This document shows, piece after piece, positions 61,501 to 64,000 of a DNA stretch of 64,000 bases; the stretch's first letter is position 1; every line of letters begins with the position of its first letter. Below the pieces are notes generated by a model. The model saw nothing but the letters and a program-made list of their open reading frames with translations. It was not told the origin of the DNA and did no database searches. Source of the stretch: Octopus vulgaris (taxonomy: Eukaryota); contig OX597819.1 in NCBI GenBank assembly GCA_951406725.2, positions 69,378,001 through 69,442,000 of the forward strand, read 5' to 3'. Made by a program: the position numbers and the translations under genes.

Positions 61501-62389
61501 GTATAGACAGAAAGATCTGTCAAACTGATACGTAAATATGGTTTCACTTGAAAATTACTTGCGGCTATTTTCAGTGGAATGAATGATCGATCGGTCGAAC
61601 AAGAACTCAATTGTTATCATTAGATCACTTTTAACACTGATATAAATCAAGCCGGTCGTTGCCCTTATATCGTTAGCATGGTCTTACAAAGTTTCCTTGC
61701 TCAGGGGCAATGTTAAATTTCGAAATCGGATGCCTTTCTCCGCATTGATTTTCCGCTGCAAAACAACTGTCAAAGATATTGCCAGAAATTTTACTCTGCT
61801 TATTTATAATGGATTTGCATTTAGAGCTGTTAATATCAAGTTTTCTCCTGTTGTTGTTGTTGTTTTTTTATATTCTGCAATCCTTCAGAAACTACGTGTC
61901 ATAGCTAACTTCGTATTCTATCATAGCTCCGAGGCTGTTGTTACTACGTTTTACTGTACGTTAGTTTCTGTGTGTCGTTGTTTCGAACAAATGATTCCTG
62001 AGTTTTTCTGACTGCTTAAACAAATATTTACTGATTCTAAACGCTCCTCTCCAAAACTAGTATATTGAAAGGTTGCTTTTTTTTTGTCAGGCACCACATA
62101 CACACACTAAACACATGCATGCGTCTACATATGCATACATAATATATATATATATATATATATACAAAATCACAGACACACATGTATTTGCATTCATGGT
62201 GTGTACGTGTTTAGCAGATTCTACATATGTCCGTCGAAGCATAAATGCCTATGTATGGTACATATCAAAGTGTATGAGTAATTATATATATATATATATA
62301 TACGTACAGATTTACATATACGTGTATTCACTATATATACATACATATATATTTATATACATATTTATACATACATACATATATCTATA

Positions 62390-62393
62390 TTTA

Positions 62394-62468
<75 letters not shown>

Positions 62469-62478
62469 ATATATATAT

Positions 62479-62519
<41 letters not shown>

Positions 62520-62560
62520 GTGATAGATTGATTGATGGATAGATAGATTGATAGCTAGAT
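62390..62560. repeat. (TATC)n-(TA)n-(GATA)n self-complementary microsatellite
   Basis: (TATC)n at 62395-62466 is complementary to (GATA)n at 62481-62518. Confidence 0.95.
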
Positions 62561-63089
62561 GCATACATGGGAATATACATACATAAATATAATCGCGTGC
62601 GCACTTGTTGTCAGTCTGTGTGTATGTGAAAATGAACGTGCATGCGTTTGTGTTTGTGTGCGCGCATGCATGTCTGTCTGTTCATGTATGTGTGTGTGTT
62701 GATCTATTGCATAATTTTTCGTACACGATACATCACTTCCTTGCAGAAGGATAAACAAAAGACAAAAACAAAACGAGGAAGAAGAAAAAAAGGAAAACAA
62801 ACGGAATCAAGAAGTGAAAAGGTATCAGTGAATGCAGTGTGTATGCCGAAAGGAAATCGAATAAACGAGCATCTGTTGGCATAGATCATTATCGGAGTCC
62901 CTTTCTAGAATTCTCTGTCCTTGCTTCATGCCGTCACCCGTTGACAGTTATGGACAAGATTTATTCCTTTGGTTGCATCATAATACACATGCATACATAC
63001 ATATATAAATGAATATATAGACACACACAAACACACACACAAACATACACACACAAATTATTATATATTTATTTGTGTATATGATATTA

Positions 63090-63485
<396 letters not shown>

Positions 63486-64000
63486 ATCTATCTATTCATC
63501 TACTTCTCTCTATATATATGTATGCGTACGTTGACATAACGGTCACTTCAGTGTTGAGATTTCACTCATATATAATAGAAAAAAATGATCCTCTTGTTTC
63601 AAGCTCATGTCGTTTCCCTTATCTGCTGCACTTACATTCACTCTTCCTTTTACTTCCAAGAAACCGTCCACCATATTTGTTTATATTTTCCTTGTTCTTC
63701 TGCCCTATCGTCCTTCTCATTTTTTTGTTCTTTATTTTTTTAAATATTTATTTCCTCCGTTATATGTAATATTTGATTTCCTTCTTATTTCTTCTTATTT
63801 TTTTATATGGTTGATTTTGATTTTGTATGTGGTTGTGACGGTTATTTTATTTTGGTTATCTCGACATGGGTTTTTTTTCAACAAGCTTTCATGATATACT
63901 TACTTGCCCTCGCTTCTATTTTACCGTGTTCGTTGCACTGGAATTGCTGTACTTCTGTGTATGTGTGCATGCATTTATATTATTGTTGTTATTCTTCTTC

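Overview
AT-rich, repeat-dense animal genomic DNA with no intact protein-coding gene. The mix of tRNA-derived SINEs, very long (TA)n/(TACA)n/(GATA)n/(ATT)n tracts and R4/Dong, Penelope, RTE, CR1, CRE and mariner remnants suggests an octopus or other coleoid cephalopod (inference from repeat families). Almost all supplied ORFs are microsatellite or satellite translation artefacts. Main finding: an 8.2-kb complex satellite (12700-20921) whose monomer carries, on the minus strand, 32-bp tandem repeats, a TATA box and the first ~36 codons of a CRESS-DNA/circovirus-like Rep gene (MxHHPRYTRFCFTLNNYDDVDINRLQHIEHIxYMVF, rolling-circle motif I). This array sits inside the coding region of a Dong/R4 retrotransposon with microhomology at both junctions, as expected for an integrated, amplified defective ssDNA-virus concatemer. 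Second finding: at least two short non-autonomous repeat families carry minimal hammerhead ribozymes with Penelope-style inverted ends, and one of them has a tRNA-derived SINE head. There are also possible decayed EGF/C-type-lectin exons on the + strand and many fold-back structures. Coordinates were read by eye, so edges of degenerate elements are approximate.
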